Shown: positions 24,401 to 37,256, numbered from the whole stretch's first letter. The stretch is DNA of 63,110 bases, filler included, from Hyphochytrium catenoides (GCA_900088475.1; 11 parts of 11 records of this genome joined end to end with filler, not necessarily neighbours in it), one strand, 5' to 3'. Notes: a model not told the origin generated them from the sequence alone. A program made the numbers and translations.

Positions 24401-25456
24401 GAGGAGTTTATGCTCTTCCAGATGCTCGGCAGAATGTCTCTCCGAAGCTGTCTTTCTCTTTCTTCCTCTCCATAGAAGACAGAGTCCTTTGCCGAGACTG
24501 GTCTGAACGGTCCAAAGCCCTTGCTAAGACGACAGGAAGAGGCGATGAGATGTAGAGCGGAAGAGACCAGTTGCATCTCTGTGAGCTCTTTTCTCTCTCT
24601 TTCCTTTCTCCCTTGCTCTTCGTCTTCACTGGGCTCCTTTTCCTCTGTTTCTGAAGGAAGAAAGCCTTGGACCAAGAGACGAGAGCTCTTGATTCTCTCC
24701 GCAGCTGCGAGGATGGAAGCCTTGAGACTCTGCAGCGGCAGAAGAGAAGGAGCATCGTCTCCCTCAGATACTTCTTCCCGCTGTTCTCTCTTCATCTCTC
24801 TCTCTGCGTTGCGAAGACAGTCAATCAAGCCGTTTACTGCCCAGTAAGTCGCAGACTCGATCTGAGTCTCTCTCTCAGGGACATCCTGGAGGCTCTGTCT
24901 TGCCCCATGAAGAGGAGAGAGAAGAGGAAAGAGAAAAGAGAAGGAACCTCCCTCCAGCCCATAGTAAAGAGCTACGCGCCAAAGGCGAAGGACCTCCACC
25001 TGGGCGGAGAAGAGAGACAGCTGCTTCTCCTCTCTTCCGCTCTCTTCCTCCGCCTTGAGGGCGAGAAACCCTGAGAGAGAGAAAGAGTTTTCCTTACTAA
25101 GACTGAAGATTGAAGAAAGAGAAACAGGGAACAAGGAAGCAAAACAGAGACAAGAGAGATAGAAAAGACTAGCGACAAAGACAAGCGGAATCGCCTGAAA
25201 GAAGAGAGCGACAAGGGAAACATGTCAGAATATAAAAGTAGGGCAAACACACCAGCCGTGCACTACGGAAGAGGGATGCGATAAGAGAGGGAGGTAGAGA
25301 GATAAAGAGACCGCGAGGGGGGGAGAGAGAGAGAAAGAGATGATCGAACTAAAGAAAGGAATAAAAAGCAAGGAGAAGAAGGAAAGAGAAAGAGCAAACT
25401 ACTGTAAGAGAAAAAGAGAGAGAAAGAAAAAAAAAGAGAGAAAGAGAGAGCGAAAA

Positions 25457-25487
<31 letters not shown>

Positions 25488-26370
25488 CAGGACAGATTCC
25501 AAGGAATGTTCATACCAAACGCCTCTGTTAACAAGCCCTTCTTTTGAATTTCCTTGGCCATTTCTCTCTCTCTCTGAGCCAATAGCCGGAGAAGTCTAAT
25601 CGAGGCAGTGGCTGTAGGAGCGAGGAGAGGTTGAGAGAGAGACGAAGATGAAGCAGACGAGGGGGAGAGAAAGGATGACAGGACAGAGAAAAGGCCTGAG
25701 GAGGAAGAGAGAGAATGGGCGGCGTCTCCTGATAGTTCAACACAGGATTGAAGAGTCTCTAAGATGGCGAGCTTCACTGCTTCCTGCACCGCCGCAGAGC
25801 TCAGGAGAAACAGAAGCCGAGACACCAGGTTCGCACTGGTTCGTGAGTTAGACAAAAGCCAGAGATAAACAAAGAGAGAAGCACCCACAGGGGTAGAGAG
25901 CGAGAAGAGAGAGAGGCAGAGAGAGAGAATGGAGGGCAGTGAGAGAGAGAAAGAGAGAGAGAGTGGAGAGAAGAGTACTCAGCATACAAATAACATGAGA
26001 CAAGGACGACTTCAGGACGTGGCAGCTTTTACCTTAGCAGCTTTTCCAGTGCTTCTTCCACGTTTATGGAGACTGAAGGGGCCAAACCCTTCTTGCTCTG
26101 GCCCGCGGGCAGGCCGGGAAACGACAGCGAGAGAGAGGGAAGAGAAAGAAGGGGGAGGAAAGACAACAGCGATTAAAGAGGCAGCAGTGAGGGGCGAGAG
26201 ATACAGTGGAGAAAAGCAATTTGAAGAGAGAGACAGAGATCGAGAGATCAGTTTATTGCAGAACCATTTTTCCAATGGTAAAAGAGAAGAGAGAAATAAG
26301 GATCCCGAGACTTCCCACACACACAAAAGAGAGAGAGACAGAGAGAGAGAGACAGAGAGAGAGAGACAGA

Positions 26371-26428
<58 letters not shown>

Positions 26429-27585
26429 AAGAGTGAGAGAAGAAGATTTAAGCTTTACTTGGCTGTTAGGTCCACCGGGTCTGTCCTCGCTCTGGCTTCG
26501 GTAAAGGAGCTCGCCAAAATAAGTCTCAAAAAGCTGATCTTCAGCCTCTTCCGTCTCTCGACGGACCTGCACCAGACACAGGGGGAGAGAGAAGGGCACA
26601 GGATAAGGTATATGGTTGGCATCGAAAAAGGAAGGAGACAGCGAGAGACACGAAGGAGAGAGGCACGCAAGAGAGAGAGAGAGGAGAGTCCTTTGAGTAG
26701 GTATCTTTAGAAGGAAAAGGAAGCAGCAACTTAAAAGGTATAGAGGCAGAGAGGTGTAGGAGAAAGTCACGGGATGCAGGCATCGCAAAACAGAAAGCGA
26801 GAGTAGGAGGGAGAGAGAGAAAGAGAGAAAGGAAGAGAGAGAGAGAGCGAGAGAGAGAGAGAAACAGAACCGACGGAGGATGATGTCTTACAAGGAGTGC
26901 GTGCAAGCCAAAGACCGCAGCGGCAATGACTAAGCTGCTGTTCTCATCCAGCGCGAGACGGAGCACAGCCGGAAGAGCAGAAGGAACCACCTACGGGAGA
27001 GAAAGGAAAAGAAGAGAGAGAGGCAGCCAAAACAGTCAAACAAACAGAGCAAGCACTGTCTCTAGCTATCCCTCCCCTTGCTGAGAAGAGTTGAAACCAT
27101 CGTTCACGAGGGGAAGACAGGAACACCACTCGAGACTAGAAGAGATAAGGTTAAGAGAGTAACAGAGGCCCCAAGAGAACGGGGAGAGAGAGAGAAAGAA
27201 AATAAGAGAGAGAGAGAGAGAGAGCTTGAGAGAAGAGAGACCCAAGGGGAACCAAATGATATGAGACAGGTGTCGTTCTTTGCCCCTAGAGACCAGGAAC
27301 CTAGTATGATTGAGACGCGCAGAGCCTCGAACGTGGCAGTGAAGAAGAGAGAGTTTCTCATGGAGGAGAGAAAGCAGAGACGCCTACCATTTCCTTCTCT
27401 CCTTTCTCGTTTCTTTCTTCTCTCCATCTCCGGACGACGTTGCTGAGGGTGTTGAGAGAGAGAACGCGCTGGCTTGCAAACTGACTACGCGCGAGGAGCA
27501 AAAGCTCTTCTAAAGTGTACCCAGGGCGGGCAGGGTCAGAGCCATGATGGTGAGAAAAAGTTAGGGAAAGAATGTCCGACCAATA
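21498..27585 (-). CDS. RPAP1: RNA polymerase II-associated protein 1 (RPAP1/Rba50/MINIYO), multi-exon, 5' partial
   Basis: HHHGSDPARPGYTLEELLLLARSQFASQR (RPAP1_C signature), LRLALDEN, IRLLRLLA, EVLRLWRVALYYG, LLPIGIDWILLPL, FLSASYGNTVFG, LEQYVRAL and CLHHLASFCF, in the expected order. Large exon ~25075-23133; stop at 21498. Confidence 0.9.
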
Positions 27586-27652
27586 CTGCGAAAGTGGAGA
27601 GAAGGAAGAGAAAGGTAAGGTTCGACAAAAGAGAGAGGGACAGAGTGACAGA

Positions 27653-27705
<53 letters not shown>

Positions 27706-27860
27706 AGCCAGTGAGAAAGAAAGAGACTCGAGGAGAAAGGGAATACATGGGGTTAAGCGACGAGCATCAAGCGTTTCGTAAACATTCTGAAGAGAGAGAA
27801 GGAGGGAGAGAAGAAGAGAGGAAATAAAAAGCAAAGAGAGACAGAGAAAGAGACGGTAGG

Positions 27861-27891
<31 letters not shown>

Positions 27892-28049
27892 GTGAAGGAA
27901 GAGTAGTCTCTTGAGGAGGATATATAAAGCGCCGGTGACTTGTCTTCCANNNNNNNNNNNNNNNNNNNNNNNNNNNNNNNNNNNNNNNNNNNNTTAATTA
28001 ATTAANNNNNNNNNNNNNNNNNNNNNNNNNNNNNNNNNNNNNNNNNNNN

Positions 28050-28590
28050 CATCTGATGGCAGCTGGGGCTCCAGAAGCGATCTGATGTCCAGCTACCGAG
28101 GGAGAGGGAGCAGGATAAGATTGAGAGGCCGCAGACAGAGAGAGAGAGAGAGAGAGAGAAAGAAAGAGAGAGAGAGAGAGAAAAAGAGGGTGAGAGACAG
28201 AGAGAGAGAGAGACAGAGAGAGAAGAGAGAGAGGAAAGGATAGCTGATAGTGCTCGGTAAAGAGGGCAGTTGCGGAAGACTCGTCGAAAATTCCGAGCGC
28301 GAAGGAAGCCAGGAAGGCAAGCGTAAGTCGGGCAAAGCTCCTCTCGTGAGCCCCACATCGGGAACAAGACGAGGGAGGAGAGAAGAGAGAGACAGGGAGA
28401 GAAAGAGAGAGAGAAAGAGAAAGAGAAGCTTTTCTACCCTAAGGATAGCCTCTTGCACAGTGTTCTCCTTTATGTCATCTCCATCCAGTTCCTTCAACAC
28501 TGCAGCCAAGCCACCAGGAGTCAGGCGAAGACCTAGAGATGCAGCTGCAGACCGCAGTTGGGCATGGCCTGGAATGTCCTCCGCACTCAT
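28050..28590 (-). CDS. TDRD3/RMI1-family protein, N-terminal DUF1767 region (TDRD3-like), 3' truncated
   Basis: Exons 28590-28438 and 28092-28050 splice in phase 0 to MSAEDIPGHAQLRSAAASLGLRLTPGGLAAVLKELDGDDIKENTVQEAILRLDIRSLLEPQLPSD. This aligns by eye with the recalled TDRD3 N-terminus (GWYLSDEGIEAC...ALNTDLRTIGKKFLPSD). Confidence 0.7.
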
Positions 28591-28603
28591 GATAAAGAGG
28601 AAA

Positions 28604-28658
<55 letters not shown>

Positions 28659-29069
28659 GAGAGCAAGGATAACGATAAGCAGCAGCCGTGATGAGCACGG
28701 GAGAGTGGCCGCTACGAAGAGACGTCAGCAGGCCAAGCAAACGACGAAAGCACTGTCACTCGACAAAGAGGAGTGAGGCGATCTGACCGGAGAGAGAGGA
28801 AGGCGACCACGGCTCAGAGAAGAGAGAAAAGAGAGAGAGAGAGAAATGTGTGTGTGAGAGAGAGAGAGAGAGTGCAATATCTCTTGGAGTTCAATATCTC
28901 TTTACAAAAATTGAGCACCCTTAGCGACGAAATAAGGGTTGGCGTGGACGCCAGTCTTATACCTTTCACTATACAATGTATTGCTAACCAGTCTACATAT
29001 GATAGTGTTAGCCATAACCATACCAAAATACGCCAGGGTATGGAGGAGGCTGTGGATTTGTTCAGATCA

Positions 29070-29119
<50 letters not shown>

Positions 29120-29387
29120 ATCTTTCCTCTGATCGCTCTTCAACTGCAGTCCTAATACAGAGAGCTCACTTCAAGCAGACTCTTTTTCCTCTTCTGAGCG
29201 GAGAACTTCCTTCTCGTCCTCTCCTTTTTACACCCTCGTGGCCGGCTGGTTGTCTCTTCCCTCCCCTCATCTCTCTCTCTCTCCATCCGCGCAGCAGCAA
29301 GCTTTCGCAGAGCTTCGCTTGCCGTGCTCTGAGGTCCCATCTCTCTCTCTCTTTTTCGATTGTCCTCTCTCTATTCTCTCTTGCACA

Positions 29388-30922
29388 ATGGCGCCGCGGG
29401 TGGCGCTGATGGTGGCTGAGAAGCCTTCCATCTGCAATGCAATAGCAGACGCGCTGTCAAACCGCTCGCACGAGACCAGAGGAAGATCGCCACCAGTCCA
29501 TGAGTTCTTAGGACAGTTCAGAGGAGAGGAAGTGAAGTTTAGAGTCAGTGGAGGCTGTTCTCTCCTCCTGTCTCCCCTCCGATTCTCTCTCTCTCTCTGT
29601 CGTTCTCGCTCGTTCTTCCCTCTCTCTCTCTCTCCCTCACTCCTCTATTCTTCTCTTTGTATGCTCTACCTCTCTTCCACCCGAGCCGCTTCCAACGTCT
29701 TTTCACTTCATCATCATCTCTCTCTCTCTCTCTCTCTCTGTCTCTGTCTCTCTCTCTCCCTTCATGTTTGTTTACCTAGCTCTCTGTGCCGTTGGTTCAT
29801 CACCCCGACATCCTTACTTCTTTTTAGCTCCTTCAGAGTCTTCCGTTCTCTTGATCATCAAGCTATTGTCCCTCTTCTCTTTTACTCTCTCTCCTTGCTC
29901 TTTCGTGCTCTATAGCTGTTTATCTCTCTCAAACAAGCTCTTTCTTTCTCTCACTCCCTCTCTCTTTCTCTCTCTCACTCTCTCTCTCTCTCTCATCCTC
30001 TCGTCATAGGTAACCTCTGTTGTCGGTCACATCTTCAGCACGGACTTCCCCAAGGAATATTCCAGCTGGGACGCTGTGGACCCTGCCACTCTCTTCCGAG
30101 CACCTGTGCTGAAGGTTGCCGAGAAGGGAAGCATCATAAAGTAAGTAAGGGAACAAGGTGGAAGACAAGCGGGAGGAGAAACATAAAGCACAGAGAGGAG
30201 AGAGAGAGAGAGAAAGAAAGAGAGAGAGAGAAAAAGACAGAGAGAGAGAAGCGAAGGAGAGAGAAGAGGGAGAAGCGGAGCTAGACGGTACAGAGTCAGA
30301 GAGAAGGATCTAGAAGGACCACCAGCGACGAGAGAGACAGCGAAGGAGAGGCAGCGAGAGGGAAGAGAGACACAGGGACGGGGAAGAATGTTGGCCTGGA
30401 AGAAAGGAGAAGACGCAACGGGACAGTGGGTCTTGTAAGCTTCTGGACCCTCTTCTAACGGCAGTGCGCAGTCATCTAAAAAAGGAAGCGCAGGGCGTAG
30501 ATTACCTTGTTCTATGGCTAGATTGCGACCGAGAGGTATCAATGAGAGAGAGAGATGAGAACGGCCATGTCATCACATTTTCCTTCGCTCCTCCTTTTCA
30601 TTAACAAAACCCTCTCCTTTTGTCGGTACCTGCCTACACAGTTTCTCTCTCTCTCTCTCTTCTTTCCCCAGCTCCTGGCGGTCTCTCTCTATAACTCTCT
30701 ACTTTCCCCCACTTTCTCTCTTCATATACTTTTCGCGTTGCCTAATCTCCTCCTTCCCTCTTTCTGAACAGGGAGAGAACATTTGCTTTGAAGTGATTGA
30801 TGTTGTCCGGGCCAAGCTGAACCGCCTGCCACCCGGTCGCCAGCAAATTTATAGAGCAAAGTTCTCAGCGGTCACTAGGACAGATATAGAGCAAGCACTC
30901 AGAACGCTGGGCGAACCCAACC
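29388..30922 (+). CDS. TOP3B: DNA/RNA topoisomerase III beta, TOPRIM region, 3' truncated
   Basis: Exons 29388-29543, 30010-30140, 30472-30535, 30772-30922: LMVAEKPS, VHEFLGQFRG...[66 protein letters not shown] is the beta-type signature. Confidence 0.95.
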
Positions 30923-30935
30923 NNNNNNNNNNNNN

Positions 30936-31000
<65 letters not shown>

Positions 31001-31163
31001 CACACACACTCTCTCTCTCTCATTTTCCTTCCTCTCCCCCTCACTCTCTATCTCTCCCCTTCTTCTCTCTCTCGATTCTTTCCTCTCACTTATGTGTCTC
31101 TCTGTCTCGTTCTGTTCTCTCTCTCTCTCTCTCTCTGTTTCCTCTCTTTCTCTTGTCTCGTAC

Positions 31164-31504
31164 CGTGTTAGCGACTGACTGCTGTTCATTGATTCCTTGA
31201 GTGAAGAGAACAGCAGTGATCTCTATGGGTTTTCCTTCTTTGATTGAGGAAGGCAGGAGAGAGAAGAGAGAAGGCGGAACGGAGAGAGAGCACAATACTC
31301 TCTCTCCTTCTTCTTCTCGAATTTCGGTACAGAGAGAGTGATGCAGGAACGAGGTAGCCTGGGCAAGAGAGAGAGAAATGAGAAGGGAGAGAGAGTTTAG
31401 GGACAGAGACAGAAGAACGATATGACACGCTTGAAGCGAACAGAGCGAGGAAGGAAACAGAAGAATAGCTAGACAAGACAGTATAAGAGAGAGAGAGAGA
31501 GATT

Positions 31505-31546
<42 letters not shown>

Positions 31547-31778
31547 TATCTTGAGAGGTACGTTGGAGGAAACGAAAGAAGACATCGTATCAATTCCCAA
31601 GCGCGTAACACGACGCTCTAGGTCAAAAGGGCAGCAGAAACGAGAAAAAGAGAGAGAGAGACAGACGGAGAAAAGAAAGAGAGAGAAAAGAGTTTGCGAC
31701 CTGAATAACTCTTATTCTGACTGTATTGAGCCAGTTCACTCCTTCAACCATATCTTCTAACATTGTCATCTCCTTGCC
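31164..31778 (-). CDS. INPP4: Inositol polyphosphate 4-phosphatase (INPP4) internal exons
   Basis: Exon 31778-31701 (GKEMTMLEDMVEGVNWLNTVRIRVIQ) and exon 31358-31164 (...ITAVLFTQGINEQQSVANT) match the recalled INPP4 motifs EMAMLEDM and GINEQQ. The catalytic CX5R is not in the scaffold. Confidence 0.85.
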
Positions 31779-34700
31779 CTGAGCAGAAGACGGAAGCAAA
31801 GAGGAGAGAGAGAGAGTGAGAGAAAGAGAAGAGAGAAACAGCGAAAGAGAGGAAATCATCCTCCGTAAGAAAGAGAGAAATCGAGAAATGCGACATGGGT
31901 CTCATGCAGAAAGTGAGCGTATGGAGAAGGAAAAGCATACAACAAAGACAAGCAGAAAGAATCGAAAAAGACAGGGAGAGAGAGAGAGAGAGAAAGAAAA
32001 AACAGATCTAAAGGAGAGAGAAGGAAAGAGGTTCCGCATAAAAGAGAGAACTGACAGAACAACGCCAGCGGTTTGTTCCACTAGACGCTTTTCCCCATTA
32101 AACAGCCCTCTCTTTATCCTCTCTCTCTCTCTCTCTTTCAAGCAATCTCTTCTCATTCTCTCTCTCTTCTTTCTCCGTTATATACTCTGATGCTACCATC
32201 AAAGATGGATCAGAAAGAAGAGAAAGAAAGACCGACCACCTTTCACAGTCTGATTGAGTAGCACCTTTTTCTCCTTCCCTCTCTTTCTCTCTCTGTGTTA
32301 TCCTCTCTCTCTCTCTCTCNNNNNNNNNNNNNNNNNNNNNNNNNNNNNNNNNNNNNNNNNNNNTTAATTAATTAANNNNNNNNNNNNNNNNNNNNNNNNN
32401 NNNNNNNNNNNNNNNNNNNGAGCCCTTGTCTACTGATGTTATGCTTACCGTTACAGTGTAAGGATTTTCTGCTGGTACTAGGCCCTGTAGAAGTACGCGT
32501 AGAACTACCCGTACCGGTGCCTAGGGACCATTGGCACGGTGGATGCTAAGCATCGCACCGCTCATATAAGTAGCTGCCATAAACCGCTGTCATATTCCTC
32601 CGCCATAACCCCCTGCCATAAACCACTGCTTTCAATCGCTGCCATCAACGGCTGCCTTTTTCCTCATCGCTGCTTTCTTCGTAAAGCGTGCTCGCTATCT
32701 TCGTATCCCGCTGCGTTTTCCCTATTTCACTGCCCGTTCACTAACGCGCAACCCTTTCATTAGCCCGCGGCCATAACCCGCTGCTATAATCAGCGGCCAT
32801 TCTAAACTGCTGCGGTATCCCCCTGTCATAACTCTAATGCTCCCGAAATCATATCCTTGTCCGGCTGATGATTTTGCTCCTCTCCTGAATGCTTCCTACT
32901 TTTACTCCTACTCATCAAGTCTCCTCGCTCCTACTCTGCGTTCCGTTTTACTACCCTTAATCTTGAGAGCTCCGTTCTCGCTATAAATCCTTTTGGATGC
33001 TCTTTCTCTTCCAAGCTTTTCCTCTGTATCTCTCTCTCCTGGTTAGCATTTGCTCCCCCATTGTCTTTCCTAGCCTGAGATTCTCCCTAAAATTGCCCCT
33101 ATATACCTACTTCCCCTACTCGAATATCTCTCCCCTTTCTCCAACCACTTCTCTATCCCTTCTCGCGAACTGTATCCTTTGCACAACTCTTCTTGGTGTT
33201 CCTTGCGTCCTTCGCTCTTCGTCCTTCATCAGTTGTTCTTCCTCAACTGCTTTCTCATTGTCTCTCCTAGCTTCTAAAATTCTTCCACTCTACTCTTCCG
33301 TCCGCTCTACTCCTTTGCTCCTGTCCTATATGTTACCTAGATTCCGTCTAGAGTTGATTAGCACATAGTTGTTCTCTCTGGTCACCAGTCTGACACTTAG
33401 CACTTGTTTGCCACGTTGCTTTTTCTCAACTGAAATGACATTAGCTCTTTACCAGTACGAAGTGTCGTCTGCCTAAAGTGTTATGTTCTATCTACTCAGG
33501 TAAGTGCAATCTCCTCTGTCTGCTTAGTGTGACTCTTCTCGTTGGTATCCTTGCCTAGATTGTCACAGTCCGGGTGGGGCTCTCAGTCATCCTCTTGGAA
33601 TAGTTTAGCCTAGGGCCCATTGTCGGAGAGGTGGGTAGTCCCCTATCTGAGAGATGGATGGAGTGCTCTTTAACCAAGACTGAGTATACTACCCTGGAAT
33701 TTGGTAGGCAGTGAAGTTCTGATCCTGCTTCCCAGATCAGACTTAGTCGCCTAAATAAAGTGCCACAGAAACCTCTGTTTGTGGACAATAGTTACACTAT
33801 ATGCTTCCCTCTGCTTCTTTAATATCTACACTTTGTCAGTTATTCCTACTTACCCGCTCCCGCTTCACTCGGCTTATTCTCACGAATTTCGTCCTCTGTA
33901 CCACCCCATTTCTGATGCTTCCTCTCCCTTGCTCTTCGTCTTTATCTCTCTTTCTTCCAATCGGAAACTACTCCTCTATTCTTATCTTCCTAGCCTTTGG
34001 ATGCCCATTCTGTCATTTTTGCCGTTGACTCTTTTGCTCCTCACCGACATACTTCTCACCCTTTCTTCGATATCTCACCTTTTTGTCGTTCTCTCCCATT
34101 CTCCGCGCCTGCTTCACTACTCCACTGCACGTTCTCGCGACCTCCGTCATGTGAGCCATCCATTCCGATGCTCTTTCTCTCCGTTGACATTCGTCTTTAT
34201 CTCTCTTTTTATATTGGCATCTGCTCTCCGACTCTCTTTCCTAACCTTTAAAATGCTAATTTGGCCATTTCTCGTCCGCTTGAATCCTTTGCGCCTGCCG
34301 TACATGCTTGTCAGACATATGCAAAGATTCCACCTCTCTATCCCTCACTTCTACGTCCCCGTTCCTGCTTCTCTGTACCGCTGTCCTCCAACTCTGTCCT
34401 CTGTACAAATAACTTTTGTTGTTGTTGTTGTTTTTTTTCCTTCTTCTTCCCGTCTTCGTCTATATATCTCTTCTCCCCTGTTGACAGCTCCTCTTCATTC
34501 TTCTTTCCTACTTTTTTCATACTTTACTTTACGTTCCCGTCTCGTTGACAGCTTTGCTCCGTCTTACGTGCCTTTCACTGCCTGCACTCTAATATTTCAC
34601 CTAACCCTCGATTGTTCCTCGCTCCTGCTTCTATCTTTCCTGCGGTTTGTCCCTCACTCCTACTTCTACCTTTCCTGCAGGTAATTAAAAAGGAGGCAGT

Positions 34701-37233
34701 AGGGGAGAAGAAGCGGGAGCCGACGCATGGAGCATGCTCCGTGCCTTGGTCGAGTAAGGGAGAAAAGATGACAGGCGTTTTTCTTTCTCCTTTTTTGTTC
34801 CTTCTTCTACGCTTGCATCATCCTTTTTATCGGTCTACTCATGCATCCTTTATATCTCTTCGCTCCCTTTGTAACCTTCTTCCCGGTGACAAGCGGAAGG
34901 AATGTGGGCCGAAGATGACTGGAGGAAAAAAGGTGGACAGATGGAGTGTCCGTATTATTGAAAGATGTATAAACTTGGGTTAGGAAAAGGAGAAATAAAA
35001 CAGAGAAGCAAAGGAGGGGCCTGCATCCCAATTGATGCTCCCTCTCTACTGACGCTCTGTCGATTTATTTGTCTGCCAGATGTATAGATCTCTCGATCTC
35101 CGCACTACTCTCTCACAGTAACATAGACGATAGGGAAACACAAGAGGAGAAAGACATCAAGAGCACTGGAAGGAGCGAGAAGAAGAGAGAAAAAGAGATA
35201 AAGAAAAGCAAGAAGGTGCCTCGGCAGGACTTATAATAAGGAGGGTACTTGTTATTCTGTCAAGGCGGCAGACGAGAGGAGAGAAACACCACCCGACTCT
35301 CTCTTTATAAGGGAAAAGTGCTTCAGTGTTCTCTCTTCTCCTCTTCTTTCTTCTCCTTCATAACTCTGTGTCTCTTCTCGTTTATTTCTCCCTCTGGGAT
35401 CTTCATTCACTTCATTCGTTCTTCTCCTCGACCTCCAAGTTCTCTTTTTATCTTCCTCTATCGCGTTTTCTTGTCTGCTATTATTAGCATTAGCTTACGA
35501 TTTGAATTTCTTCCAAGACCGGAGAACGAAAAGGTAGGGTTCATTGCAAAGGCAACTGGAGATAGCGCCGATGGTATGTTGGGTCTTCTTGATTCGCCGT
35601 CCTTTGCCCGAAGCCCTTTGGGGAAAACAGATCTCTTCCCCTGTCTCGATAAACCGCTTGCAGATTTCCTCCCAACGCTGTCTCTATCTGCTCCTGCTTT
35701 CCTGCGTTCGTCCCTCACCGGCTTTGCCATAAGAAGCTAACTGCGGCTTCCGATACAAACCCAACTCAACCTTTCTCCTCTACCGCCCCCTTTCTTTTAA
35801 GGTATGCTCTATTCACTTATCTTGGGGAACGCAGGTCATGAGAGAAAGGAATTACAATTATCTGATCTAGATTACAATAAAAGGGGAACTTCCAACAAGA
35901 GATAGGTGTCCAGAGCATGCCACTGTGACTCCGAACGAGCGGTGCGAAGAAAGAGACATAGAAAAGAGTTGCGGACAACATTAGCTAAAACATGGGATGA
36001 AGGGCAGCTACGAGCACGAGATAGGTGCCCTGCCAGTCAAGAAACGCCAACGTTAGGGTGCTGGTCCTTCCGTGCCACTGTTCAACGTTGTCTATGATAA
36101 CTTCATTCTTCATCTTCTAGTAGCTACCACTTTCTTCCCTTACGCGTGTGTTTTTCTGCTTGCAGAAGGTCCCTATAGGCAGGAGCGTTCTCTATGCTGG
36201 GTCTCCCGTAGTTTAGTCTCTGAATCTATCTGTCCATGGACTCTTTCTTCACGCACCTCTTGATAATCAGAATAACGATAGTCAGAAGAAGAAGAACATG
36301 TAGCGACGATGGAGCTTGCAAGATGAGACAAAGAGTTGGGCCATTTCAGGATTGAGGAGACTGAAGGAGGGCATGCTAGGACGTAGCACTAAGAACCTAC
36401 TCACTAAAAAGTAGAGGGAAAGAGTGATGTAGCGAAAGCCGCTGCAAAGAGAAACATGAGATGGAATGTTGAGGTTTAGTATCAATTTGGGAGTTGGGAG
36501 CGATAGAAAGGAGGTCAGATTAGATAAGAAGGCTTCTGCTTCAAGATCGGGCTAAGACTTACACAGGAGCAGAGATGCAGAGGGAGGTAAGGTACGTAAA
36601 CTGAGGATTACCTGATAGAAATATAAGAAAACAGCGAGATGGTCTAGGAGGGAAAAGGACAGGTAGAGAATGAGAGGCGGAAGGAAGAAAGGGCATGGTT
36701 GGAGATGCTTGAAGCGCGAAATGGGAAAATGAACAGTGGTGAAAGAAAATAGACTCAGTGTCTTACACATATTAAGGTATATCTATTATGTAGAGAAGAG
36801 AAAGAGGAAAAGGGGGAAAAAATGTGATGGAGGGGAGAGGCCAGGTAATGTGTTAGCAAGCGAAGCGATGACGAATAGAAGTTAGTGAAGCTAATTAAAC
36901 GGTGACCATAGCTACGAGGAAAGAAGAAGAAAGAGATAGATTAGGCTAAATAAGTAAGGACAGAAAGCCCGCCTGGATGAAGAAAGAGAGAGCTAGGGTT
37001 CTTTTTAGCCCCTCCGGCGAAGTGGAGGAGAGAGGCAGTTGGGAAGGCTACATGCCAGCCTGTGATGTAGGGTTAGGAACCATAACCCTAACCCTACACG
37101 GGAGAATAGAAGACCGTAAGACTAGGGAGCTATATCAGGGGCCGTCGTGAGAAAAGCGAAGAAGAAAAGCGAAGGAGAGTCGTCTCTTTTTTCCCCTCCT
37201 TTCTGGCAGCCACTGGCTGGCTCCTAGTGTAGG

Positions 37234-37256
37234 CCTAACCCTAACCCTAACCCTAA
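37234..37256. repeat. Short interstitial telomeric repeat (CCCTAA)~4
   Basis: CCTAACCCTAACCCTAACCCTAA; further fragments at ~37069-37096. Confidence 0.75.

Noticed and set aside
873-32190. Numerous ORFs rich in SLSLSL or ERERER in the supplied track
   Set aside because: They are translations of (CT/GA)n microsatellites in introns and intergenic DNA, which lack stop codons.
33779-34684. 301-aa hydrophobic ORF
   Set aside because: Product of a pyrimidine-rich, stop-poor tract with no recognisable motif.
37080-37100. Telomerase RNA template candidate (TAACCCTAACCC)
   Set aside because: Lies among other telomeric fragments, with no supporting structure visible.
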